From Octopus bimaculoides (taxonomy: Eukaryota), in the NCBI RefSeq assembly GCF_001194135.2, contig NC_068981.1, forward strand, positions 156,776,935 through 156,840,934: a stretch of 64,000 nt of DNA. Reading direction: 5' to 3'. The notes below the pieces were generated by a model, which saw only the letters and a program-made list of their open reading frames with translations, did no database searches and was not told the origin of the DNA. The position numbers were made by a program, and so were the translations under genes. Of this stretch, positions 11,701 to 22,803 are shown piece after piece. Each line of letters begins with the position of its first letter. Position 1 is the first letter of the stretch.

Positions 11701-14140
11701 AAGGGCCAGAAATGGTCAAGGAAAAGAAATATAATGGGAGTGACAAAAGAAAATATCCATGGTGGAAAAGAAGAATCCAGGCAGGGTTAGATATGCACTA
11801 GAAGGAAATTTCTGTGTTAGACCGAAAAGAGAAAGGAGAGCTTAAAAGCGAACAAAAATACAGGGCACTGAAAAGGAAGTATAATATTAAAAGAAAGGGC
11901 CTGAAAGTGGTAATGGAGGAACTTAAACAGCGCCTCATTGCAAAGAAAGCAAAGATGGTAAGATACCAAAGAATGAAGGGTTACCACTAGAATATGTTAT
12001 TCAGAGTAGATTAGAAGAGATTCTATAAAGAAATAAATGGAGTGTGTACAGATGAAATGTTGATACCAGATAACATCGAAAGTCAAAGGTTTTGGAGTGA
12101 TATCTGGAGCAAAGACAAGGAGCACAAGAAAGATGCTGAATGGTTGCAAGAACTGAAACAAATAGTAGTCTGTCCAAAACTGGCAGAGCTAGTCATTTCA
12201 ATGAGGGAAGTGAAGGAAATCATAAAAAAAAGCAACTGGAAGGCCCCGGGACCAGATGGAGTTCAAGGCTACTGGATCAAAAGATTTGGGGAATGTCATA
12301 CACGAATAGCTATGCAATTTAACACCTTGTTAAATGCTGACCAAGTAACACCAGAGTGATTGACATTGAGTAAGACAGTGCTATGCCTGAAAAACATCGA
12401 AAAAGGCAATACGGTAGACAATTACAGGCCGATATCTTGTTTGCCACTTATGTGGAAGTTATTGACTGGAATACTCGCAGAGTCAATGTACGAACATCTG
12501 GGGAAAAAATGGAGTCCTGCCATATGAGCAGAAGGGTTGCAAGTGTAAGTGCAGAGGTACCAAGGATCAACTCCTGATAGACAAAACTGTACTTAGAGAT
12601 TGCAAGAGGAGGAAAAGTAACTTAGCCATGTCATGGATCGACTATCGTAAGGCGTACGATATGAGCCCACATTTTTGGATTATGGAGTGTATGAACCTAT
12701 TTGGTATTGCATCAAATGTTGAGCGATTGCTTGGAAAAAGTATGGCGAATTAGAGGACGGACTGGATAGCATACGGAAGAAGCTTAGGGACAGTAGGAAT
12801 TACGAGGGGCATCTTCCAAGGGACTGCCTGTCCCCACTGATCTTTGTACTGTGCTTGATACCACTAACATTGATTCTGTGGAAAGCTAAAGCCGGGTATG
12901 TATTCAAAAACCGCCAACAAAAAGTCAACCATTTGTTATTCATGGATGACCTCAAACTTTATGGTAAAGATGAAGCCCAAGTCAGTTCCCTCGTTGATAC
13001 GGTGTATACCTTCAGTGCTGATACCGGAATGGAGTTCGGACTGAGAAAGTGTGGTGTGTTAGTCTTGAAGAGAGGCAAAATCAAATGTATGGACAGGCAA
13101 ACGATACCGTCGGGGGAGGTTATGAAGCATACGGGCTATAAGTACTTGGGGATTTTGGAAATGGATAAATTGATGGAGAAAGAAAAATTTAAGGTGGAGT
13201 ACTTGCGCAGACAGAGACTGAGACGGGGACAGGTTGTTTCAAACGCGACAGAGAGGAGGAAGATGTCTCATTAGTGAAATGTGTGTGAAGTCTGAGAAAG
13301 ATAATCTGGCATGGTATGTAAAAAATTCAAAGGAGAGATTGGTGGCAAGAATAAGAAAGATAAAAGTCCTAAGCAGTGATGAAGCAAACGAAAAGGGAGA
13401 TTTTATACAAGACAGATAGAATGACACCTTGAATAGATGGGGGTAAAATGTATGGTCAATTCTTGCAGGAAATGTCCGAGACAATTGACAAAGATAAGAT
13501 CTAAGAATAGACTAGGAAAAGCGACTTGAAAGTTGAAACTGAGGCCCTAATCTTCGCAGCCCAAGAACAGACACTGAGAATGAACTATATCAAGTTCAAT
13601 ATAGACAAGTGACTTCATCACTTTGTAGGTTGTAGGTGAGAAATGTGAAACAATAAACCACATTATTAGTAAATGTAAGATGCTTGCACAGAAAGAGTAC
13701 AAGAGAAGGCACGACAATATTGCCAGATTGGTTCACTGGAAGCTGCGCCATAAGTATGACATGGGCAGAAGTGAGAAATTGTATGAGTACCAACTGGAAA
13801 GAGTTGCTGAAAACAAACAATATAAGATCAGTGGCTAGAAAATATGACGTTGTAGAAAAGAAGAACAAAGAAATTATTGTGGATATTGTTTCACTGTTGG
13901 ACGACAGGGTGAATGAGAAAGAAAATGAGTAAGTTGGGAAATACCATGAACCAAAGAGGGAAATCAAGAAACTATGGAGAATCGGGTACTTAGAAGTGGT
14001 GCCAATTGTGGTTGGGGCACTGGAAGTAGTTAGTAAAAGGTTGGGTGCATGGCTTGAGAAGCTAAGAATTACCATCAGGACGGCACTGTAGCAGAAACGG
14101 CAAGGATTCTAGGCAGAATGGAAGAATGTTGAAGGAGAAG
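11700..14140 (+). mobile_element. R4/Dong-like non-LTR retrotransposon pseudogene (RT, CCHC zinc knuckle, restriction-like endonuclease)
   Basis: [86 protein letters not shown] and VVPIVVGAL. Many stops and frameshifts. Confidence 0.88.
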
Positions 14141-14477
14141 AAATGAGTCAAAGGATCTTAGGCCATTTGATACGGCTTACCCTTTTGGTATAGTGTCGGT
14201 ATAACATCAGGCAGAGCAATAGCGTGACGGATGACAATGATAATAAGAATAATCTGACGTATAATAAAACACAACGTGTGTTTCGTCTGTTACGCTGGTA
14301 GAAGGAGACTAAAACAACAAACGGAGTAGGAGTGAGTGGTAATCAGAGGTGTTATATGCAAGTGAACTGTAGTAAAAGGTTTTTTTCTCTGAAGTCGCTG
14401 GTATTTTTAATCAAATTAAAACTGCAAATGTTTATTGTAAATTGTATTTGGTTTATCAGTTTCATACACATACACAT

Positions 14478-14610
14478 ATGAGGTGTGATCAATAAGTATC
14501 CAGACTGCTGCCATAGTAACGAAGCTAAAGCACGTTGAGTAAAGCTGCTTGACACAGATTGATCTTGAACTTTGCTGTGCATGTGCACTAAGCTTTAACG
14601 TTCTAGCTCA
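14478..14610 (+). mobile_element. 5' end fragment of a mariner related to the 52217-52782 element
   Basis: TATGAGGTGTGATCAATAAGTATCCAGACTG..GTAACGAAGCTAAAG..AAGCTGCTTGACACAGATTG matches the TIR and subterminal sequence of the 52782 end. Confidence 0.65.
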
Positions 14611-15085
14611 CTGAAAGGCATAGCCGAGGACAGCATTCGAACCCAGAACGTAAAAACGGACGAAATGGTATCTTAAGCTGAAAAATAACTTTAAGTGAAA
14701 TATGACTGCTTTCATACTCAATCCTGTGTCCTTACTTAATTTGCTTGAATAAGTTTTATGTTATTCACACAATTAAATTACGAAATATACTATTGAGTTC
14801 GTTTGACATGAGACTGTTGTAAACGTATTAGATTGCAACTTCAATTCTTACATGAAAGATCAAGGGAAGTTTAGCAGTGTCTAATTAAGACGAATATGCA
14901 TTCACTAAGAACATTATACGGCTACATTTCAGCCTAGGCTGCGCATGGGAATTCAGGTAATCAGTTAATATCTAATATTCATTCACACCCACCCACGCGC
15001 TCGCACACACGCACACACACACATACATACACACATACACACACACACGACATATGATATAATATGATATATGATATATGTGTGT

Positions 15086-15138
<53 letters not shown>

Positions 15139-15210
15139 TGTTTGTGAGTGTGTGTGTGTATGATTTTCATCATGTTGAACCGTTAATCCCTACACATTTT
15201 TCTCTCTCAA

Positions 15211-15249
15211 TCTTTTCTGTCGAAGAGCGTAGGCTCGAAACGTCAAAGA
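15211..15249 (+). ncRNA. Minimal type-I hammerhead ribozyme fold with core variant
   Basis: TCTTTT-CTGTCGA-A-GAGC-GTAG-GCTC-GAAA-CG-TC-AAAGA. Stem I is TCTTT/AAAGA and stem II is GAGC/GCTC. Stem III is palindromic ACGT with a GUC cleavage triplet. Core A6 is T. Confidence 0.6.
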
Positions 15250-15655
15250 CCTTTCCATTCTTCCCCGAACGTTAAACTAATACACCTACTTGCTGTTCTT
15301 TCACCTGTCTTCGTCTTTTGTTCTCTGTAAATTTGAACCATATATATGAAATATATATATACGTACTTTAACGTATTTGTAATGAATGATTATGTTTTGC
15401 AATGTTCCTGATGTGAAATCGTGTGCTGAAAGAAATATTGTTATATTTGGGGAATGGTAATTTTGTTTGTTGTCAATTAATCCTATGCACTATACACTTG
15501 TTGTTCACTTCAGCTTTATTATTATTATTATTTTAGTGTCCTTTGTCTGAAATCTTTCGTCATAAAAGCTGTGACCTCGTTAACGACTATCCATTCCACA
15601 TGTCTCTTCCTGTTCTGTTTAGTCCAGAGAATGTACTAAACATAACAGAAGGAGA

Positions 15656-15703
<48 letters not shown>

Positions 15704-15704
15704 T

Positions 15705-15735
<31 letters not shown>

Positions 15736-16147
15736 ATTATGTGCAAGCCTTATCATAGAAAAAAACATACATGTTTTGTTTAAAAGTCAGAAACTGCGGT
15801 TTTTCGTCGGGGTATATCCCTTTAAAGAAATATATAGTTGAAATGAAATCAGGGAAGCGGCAGATACCGTATTTCGCAATACATAATGCTTATCAATGCC
15901 GCATTTTCGTGTCACTTCTGAAACTAAATCGAAATCTCTATTCTGAAGTATATACAGATAGTGTATAAAATGTTTGCTGATTTCCAGTGGCGGCCCATAA
16001 GTAGAATAAATCCAAATTATACCATAGAAGCAGCTCTATATTGTAAACAAATGGTATAAGCATTACCCTAAGGTTGTAACCGAGGGAGAAAAAATATAAT
16101 AATACTTTAACAATTTCCAGTACATACAGACAGAACCATCAAAGTTA

Positions 16148-16460
16148 ATAAACCGGATAATGTTGTAAAAGATCAAATTAATAACAAAGTTTGTTTGTTT
16201 ATTGACATGAGTATCCCTTGTGATCATAATATTTCGACAAAAGAATTTGACAAGCTCAGAAAATATAAAGATTTTCTCACTGAAATCGAAAAAATGTGGC
16301 ATCTCAAGGCGGTTACAGTACCAGTGATTGTAGGAGCGCTAGGAATGACAAAAAGAGGAACTGAAAATTATTTGAGAATGATCTCTGGCTTACCGTCCCT
16401 ACAAGAAGTGCAAAAAGATTGCTTTAACTGGTACGTCATATGTATTAAGAACAGCATTGT
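16148..16460 (+). mobile_element. 3' fragment of a second R4-like element (RLE domain)
   Basis: NKPDNVVKD..CLFIDMSIPCDHNISTKEFDKLRKYKD..IEKMWHLKAVTVPVIVGALG carries the PD...D..K motif of the restriction-like endonuclease. Confidence 0.8.
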
Positions 16461-16555
16461 TGCTGCGAGAATGATTACTTTCGATGTAAGTAATGTATTC
16501 TTTACTGTATTTGATATTGTACATGAACAATCAGGTCTGTTTATCTTAATGGCCT

Positions 16556-16939
16556 GTGGAGGCGCAATAACCCAGTGGTTAGGGCAGCGGACTTGCGGTC
16601 ATAGGATCACAGTTTCGATTCCCAGACCGGGCATTGTGAGTGTTTATTGAGCGAAAACACCTAAAGCTCCACGAGGCTCCGGCAGGGGATGGTGGCGAAC
16701 CCCACTGTACTCTTCCACCACAACTTTCTCTTACTCTTTATTTCTGTTGTGCCTGTAATTCAAAGGGCCAGCCTTGTCACACTGTGTCACGCTGAATATC
16801 CCCGAGAACTACGTTAAGGGTACACGTGTCTGTGAAGTGCTCAGCCACTTGCACGTTAATTTCACGAGCAGGCTGTTCCGTTGATCGGATCAACTGAAAC
16901 CCTCGACGTCGTAAGCGACGGAGTGCCAAGAACAACAAC
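16556..16939 (+). mobile_element. tRNA-derived SINE family C, full length with TSD
   Basis: Head with A/B-box-like motifs (CAGTGGTTAGG; GTTTCGATTCC) and an (AAC)n tail. Flanked by ATCTTAATGG(CCT) at 16543 and 16940. Confidence 0.85.
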
Positions 16940-17049
16940 ATCTTAATGGCCTATCAATGTACACAGAGAGTTTCTTTGCCCTAGGTGTCGGAAGGCACAT
17001 TCGCAAGAAATGGAAACAAAATTGAAAGAAGAAAGATAATGAAAATAAT

Positions 17050-17260
17050 GGTCTCAAATTTTGGCACAAAACCAACAATTTTGAGGGTAGGGGGCAAGTT
17101 GATTACATCGGCCTAAGTGTTCAACTGGTACTTATTTTATCAACCCCGAAAGGATGAAAGGCAGAGGCGACCTCAGAGGAATTTGAACTCAGAATGTAAA
17201 CATGTATGAAATGCCGATAAGCATTTTGTCTGGAGTGTTTAACAATTCTGCCAGCTTGCA
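17050..17260 (-). mobile_element. SINE family A copy
   Basis: Reverse complement of the family A head, B-box and body. Confidence 0.8.
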
Positions 17261-17418
17261 GACCATTATTATCATTATTTTCCTTCTTTCAATTTTATTT
17301 TCATTTCATGCCAAGTACCTTCGTAACGTCTAGGGCAAAGAAACTCACTGTGTACATAGTTAGGCCATTAAAATAAATTTGTGGAGAGGGGTCTAGTTGA
17401 TTACACGGACCCCAATGC

Positions 17419-18756
17419 AAAAATATATCCGATGAAACTCGTACCTCTAGTCTTGAAGATTATTTTTATTTTTAGTAGAAAATGTTATGCCAAGGCGATA
17501 TATTTGCTCAAAATTTATTGTATTACATTTCTACTCGGGCTCCCACACGATTCCCACCTACCAAATTTATTCACAAGGCACTGTTCGGCCTGAGGCTATA
17601 GTAGAAGACAGTTGCCCAAAGTGACGCGCAATGGAACTGAACTCAGAGTCATGTGATTGCAAGCTAGCTTCTTAACCACACAGCCAAACCTGCGTTCGGA
17701 AAAAGAATGGGCTTCGTAGGGTTAACTGCTTAACTGGCGCTTATTTTATTGACCCAAAATAATAAAATGCAAAGTCGACTTCGACGGAATTTGGTCAGCA
17801 AGATTACTAATATTTTTCCAGCTGATTGAACTGGATCAATGAAATGAAGTGCCTTCCTCAAGAACTCAACGTATCGCCCTTTCCAGGAATGGAAACCACT
17901 GTTAGGATCATAAATGCGATACCCTAACCACTAAGCGTGCATCATAAAGGGGTAAGTGTTGCTTTCCCCAGCAAATTTAATTAAAGATATTTGAATTTTT
18001 TGTTTCTTTCTAGGCTTTTGTCACCGTTTTGTACGCTTTTTATGTATCGCCTTGTCCAGTCTCGGCGCTGTTATCAACACTTTGTCTTCAACGTGCTGTC
18101 AGAATTGTTAGTAATTAGCACAACGTGTTTTAAGGTATTTTTCCGAGTCTCTATCTTCCAAGTTCATTTCTACCTGGGGTCAAGTTTGCCTTCTATTCAT
18201 CCGGCGATGTTATAATAAAGAAAGCGCCAAGTGCTGGATCGATGGTCTTCATTAACTCTCCTCCCCTTATAATTGCTTGCCATATGCATTAAACCTGAAA
18301 GAAGTACGACTATTGTCAAGAAAAGCAAGGGAGGTTACTCATATCAATTTCAAGCAGAGTTGTCTGTAATTTCCCTTCAGTGTAATTCTTCAAAAATGAA
18401 ATACCCAGCATTATGATCCTTTCGCACATTGATAATAAAAATAGAAAAATATATATCCGATGAAGACTCGTACCTCTAGTCTTGGAGATATTTTAATTTT
18501 TATGAGAAAAAGTTATGACAAAGCGATATATTTGCTCAAAATTTATTGTATTACATTTCCACACGGGCTCCCACACGATTCCCACCTACCAAATTCATTC
18601 ACAAGTCACTGTTCGGCCTGAGGCTATAGTAGAAGACAGTTGCCCAAAGTGACGCGCAATGGAACTGAACTCAGAACCATGTGATTGCAAAGCTAGCTTC
18701 TTAGCCACACAGCCAAACCTGCGTTCGGAAAGAGAATGGGCTTCGTAGAGTTTAAC
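17419..18756. repeat. ~305-bp direct repeat pair (17419-17726 and 18447-18756)
   Basis: Both copies carry the same SINE B head and the same flanking sequence on both sides, with scattered substitutions. Confidence 0.9.
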
Positions 18757-19211
18757 AAACAGCAATGGTTAAAGAAACAAAAGCTAATGAAATTCAAACA
18801 CGCTTTAGATATTCTCACTTGTGGTGCCCAGTTAAAGCCTTGAAGCTTACAACTTACAACTGCGACCAAGAATTCAGGTTTATTTGCTCAGAAGTCGATA
18901 CAGCTTAGTGAAGGAAAAGTCTCTGTGGCTTCTGATAATAGAATAATCAGCAGAGCTCTTTGAACCGCTCCCCTGACTTCTCAGAAGTCCAGGAACTGTT
19001 GATGCCTAGAGAATTTTTAGAACTTGGCAAAACACGTCTGTTTCCATGTCTGAAAACAACCAATTTCTTCAGGAGGAAAATCCCTTTATCTCCAGCAATG
19101 GAGATATGTAAGTAATTTATCGACATTTGACTTAGATTACATTTAATCTCAGAAAATAACACAGCGCATTATACTCGACATTCTAACGATTCTGCAAACT
19201 CGCCATCTTTT

Positions 19212-19460
19212 ACATACATACATACATACATAATGCATACATACATACATACACACATACATACATACATACATACATACATACATGCATACATGTATGT
19301 ATGTATGTATGTAGGTAGGTAGGTAGGTAGGTAGGTAGGTAGGTTGGTAGGTATATGTAAGTATGTATATCTGTATGCATGCATGCATGTATGTATGTAT
19401 ATCTGTATGCATGCATGCATGTATGTATGTATGTATGTATGTATGTATGTATGTATGTAC
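19212..19460. repeat. Compound (TACA)n/(TAGG)n/(TATG)n microsatellite
   Basis: Seen directly. The repeat switches from TACA to its complement TATG/TGTA at ~19290. Confidence 0.95.
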
Positions 19461-19477
19461 ACACAGGCAAATACATA

Positions 19478-20772
19478 TACTGGGAGAATTAAAAAATTAC
19501 CAGTACTTCTCCCCAGAACTTTTTTGTGGGTTGTCTACATTACTTTCAGCCGCGCGTGCTAAAAGGTGGTACACTTGTTGTCACATAACTAAGGTTTGAC
19601 CTTGATCGCTCCAGTTTTTTTTTGTTTTTTTTGTTTTTTTCTTGTGTTACAGAGTTAAAATGGTTACTCCGCTGGCAGTGCACACTATCTAAGAACAAGG
19701 ATCAGTGATTCGATTTCTCTGGTCTGAAGGTGTGTCTAGGGCTGAAATTTATCTCAGGCTTTCAATACGAGCAGCGCTGAACTGTGCAGATGTATAAGTG
19801 GATCGAGAAGTTTAAAAATGGCCGAATAAGCGCAAAGCACAAAGAATGAGCAGTACAGCCACCAACTTCCACTACAGACATGAAAATTCAACAAGATCGA
19901 TAAATGGTTCTATCGAACCGACGAATGGCCGTCGATGAAGTGGCATGTTTTCTGCATATAAGTCACGCTTCCTTGAAATCTGTGCGAGATGGGTACCATG
20001 ACAGCTTGCTGAAGCGCATAAACTTAACCGTGTGGAGTTCTGTCAACGCTTTCTCAACCACTGCAGCGATAAAAGCGAAGCTTTCGTGGGGAGAATAATC
20101 AAAGGCTGTAAAATCTGTGTCCATCACTTTGAGCCAGAATTCAAAAGGCAGGAAATGAAGTGGAAACTCCCGAAATCGCCGTCGAAAAAGAAATTCAAGG
20201 CTCAATCTTCAGCAGAAAAAGTGATGCTAACTCTTTTGGGACACGCAAAGGAATCTATACTATAATACATTATCTGGAAAAGGGGTCTACAATTAACCAG
20301 TGTAGTCTGCAGTAAAATGCTAGCCAACAATCTGAAACCTGCAATTCGTACCAAACGCCTAAGTCGATTGTCAAAGCAAATATTATTGTTGCATGACAAT
20401 GCATGTCCTCGTACAACTGCCCACACCGTTGAAACTATTAAAAAATTGGATTTGTAGTTACTGGAACACCTTGCATATAGTCCAGATCTTGCCCCTTTCA
20501 ACTCTCACCTCTCCGGACTGCTCAAACATCCTTTACGATAAGTCATCGATTTGCTACAGACGAAGACGTGCAGTAAGCGGTGCATAAATGGGTGCGTAAC
20601 CTACTGAACACTTTCTTTTCCGATGGAATAAAGCAAACTTATGGACCGCTGGAAGAAATGCGTCGAAAGTCAAGGAGATTATGTCGAAAAATTATGTAAT
20701 TGTTCAATCCTTGTTTTTGTTTTAATAAATTACGGAAACAAGAATACGAATAACTTTTGACTTAGCCTCGTA
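19478..20772 (+). mobile_element. Near full-length decayed mariner element
   Basis: The transposase starts at ATG 19660 (MVTPLAVHT..VIRFLWSEG). It carries WIEKFKNGR, HHFEPEFKRQEMKWK, LLHDNACPRT and LAYSPDLAP, with many stops and frameshifts. It ends ...GCCTCGTA, a mariner-like terminus. Confidence 0.9.
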
Positions 20773-21375
20773 TATGTACATGTACCTATCTATATATACA
20801 TTCATATATACATATATATGTATATTTATACGTGTGTGTATGTGTGTATGTGTGCGCGCGTGCGTGTGTGTATGTGTGCGTCCGTGCGTGTATGCGTGCG
20901 TCCGTGCGTCCGTGTGTGGCGTGCGTGGCGTGCGTGTGTGTGTNNNNNNNNNNNNNNNNNNNNNNNNNNNNNNNNNNNNNNNNNNNNNNNNNNNNNNNNN
21001 NNNNNNNNNNNNNNNNNNNNNNNNNNNNNNNNNNNNNNNNNNNNNNNNNNNNNNNNNNNNNNNNNNNNNNNNNNNNNNNNNNNNNNNNNNNNNNNNNNNN
21101 NNNNNNNNNNNNNNNNNNNNNNNNNNNNNNNNNNNNNNNNNNNNNNNNNNNNNNNNNNNNNNNNNNNNNNNNNNNNNNNNNNNNNNNNNNNNNNNNNNNN
21201 NNNNNNNNNNNNNNNNNNNNNNNNNNNNNNNNNNNNNNNNNCGTACAAGGTTGTTTATTTTCTAAAGCTTCTTAAACGTCACCTACTGTAATGAAGGACT
21301 CGTCGCAGATTAAATGACGTAAAAATCGGTAACCTGACTGAGAGTGATTCTTTCTTCGGGGTAACTGTGATATTA

Positions 21376-21690
21376 GTCAGTTCACTACCACAACGAGGCA
21401 CCTTGGGCAAGTGTCTTCTACTAAAGCGTCGGGCCGACCAAAGCCTTGTGAGTGGATTTGGTAGACGGAAACTGAAAGAAGCCCGTCGTATATACATATA
21501 TATATATATATATACGGTGTTGGTGTGTTTACGTCCCCGTCACTTAGCGGTTTGGCAAAAGTCACCGATAGAATAAGTAGCAGGCTTAACAAAAAATAAA
21601 TAAGTACCGGGATCGATTCGTTCGACTAAAACAAACTGTTCGAAGCGGTGCACCAGCATGGCTGCAGTCAAATAACTGATACAAAAAAAA
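21376..21690 (+). mobile_element. Bipartite SINE family B (head - microsatellite - tail)
   Basis: Head GGCACCTTGGGCAAGTGTCTTCTACTA..TGAGTGGATTTGGTAGACGGAAACTGAAAGAAGCCCGTCG, then an internal (AT)n, then tail GGTGTGTTTACGTCCCCG..CGATAGAATAAGTA..CCAGCATGG. Confidence 0.85.
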
Positions 21691-22433
21691 AAGTTGTTTA
21701 AAAATGTTTCTAAGAATTGTCGAAAGCTTATGAGACACAATTAATTCCTCTGTGACTATTCATTTAGGAAAGTGAAAACATCTATTTAAAAAAAATCGCA
21801 CTAGAAGAAAGTTTCATTCTATGCTAAGTATAAAGAATACACCTGAGAGAGAGAGAGAGAGAGAGAGGCGAAGAGAGAGATAGGGAGAGAGAGAGAACGT
21901 ATGTGTGTGTGTGTACGCACGCGCGCGCCTGTGCATATATTACGAATAAAACAGATTCATTTGAAGCCACTACAAAAATGAAATCTTTGCTTTCTTTTTC
22001 GATGTTGAAATTCATTGGTCATTAATCAAGGATTGATAACGAAAATAAAGAATTTTTTAATGCAACGTCACATATTCGACAAAGTCGGCAAGGCGCGGGC
22101 ATAGCTATGTTGGTAAGATGCTCGTTTTGCAACCACGTGTTTCCGAGTCCGGTCCCACTGCATGGCACCTTGCGCATGTCTTCTATTTTAACCCCGGTAG
22201 GACCAATTTCTTGTGAATGAATTTGATTGACAGAAACTTTATGGGAGCACGTCGTGCATATATACATAAGCATATATGTGGGTCTATCTTTGTAGCTGTC
22301 TTTGCACCCCACTTCATTCCCACTGTTTGACGACAGGTTTTAGTTTGTTCATGTTCCTGTAACATAACGGTCTAGCAAGTGAGAACGATAGAATAGGTAG
22401 CAGACTTCAAAAAATAAGTACTGGGGTCGATTT

Positions 22434-22803
22434 CAGTTCTAAATTTAAGAGATGAGGAATTATGTACATTATTTACATTATTTATATTTGAGAGATATTT
22501 GTCCTCATCCGTTTGTTGTTAACACAACGTTTTTCGGCCGATATACCCTCCAGCCTTCATCAGATGTCTTGGGGAAATTTTGAACCTGGGTTCTCATTCC
22601 TAAGGTATTTTTTGATGTTGTTATCATTATTATTATTATTAAGGTCACTGCCTGGAATCGAACTAGGAATCTCGGGGTTAATAGCCTACGCTCTTAACCA
22701 CTACGCCATATGCCCGTGGGCATATGGCGAAACGTTGTGTTAACAACAAACAAGATGAGGACAAATATCCATCAAATATAAATAATGTAAATAATGTAAA
22801 TAA
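22434..22803 (-). mobile_element. tRNA-headed, hammerhead-containing SINE-like element with inverted partial copy (family D)
   Basis: 12-bp TSD TGGGGTCGATTT at 22422-22433 and 22804-22815. A-box TGGCGTAGTGG (22708-22698) and B-box GTTCGATTCC (22663-22654). (AAT)n spacer, then a hammerhead fold at 22568-22521. Inverted arms 22460-22532 and 22730-22803. Confidence 0.8.
22521..22568 (-). ncRNA. Minimal type-I hammerhead ribozyme fold (this copy has 2 extra A)
   Basis: GACAT-CTGATGA-A-GGCTG-GAGGGTATAT-CGGCC-GAAAAA-CG-TT-GTGTT. Stem I is GACAT/GTGTT and stem II is GGCTG/CGGCC. The inverted arm at 22729 preserves canonical GAAACGTTGTGTT. Confidence 0.7.

Noticed and set aside
15223-15235. 13-mer AAGAGCGTAGGCT shared between this hammerhead and the family D tRNA head (22684-22696, minus)
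   Set aside because: No similarity extends beyond 13 nt and the roles differ, so it is treated as coincidence.
16556-16635. tRNA genes at the SINE heads (also 22643-22715 and the family A heads)
   Set aside because: A/B boxes are present, but I could not form a cloverleaf with proper acceptor and anticodon stems, and each head runs into a SINE body.
18447-18500. Hammerhead-like CCGATGA-A-GACT..AGTC in the duplicated block (also ~17425)
   Set aside because: The core has U4-to-C, and the essential GAAA is replaced by TTGG/TTGA. Too degenerate to call.
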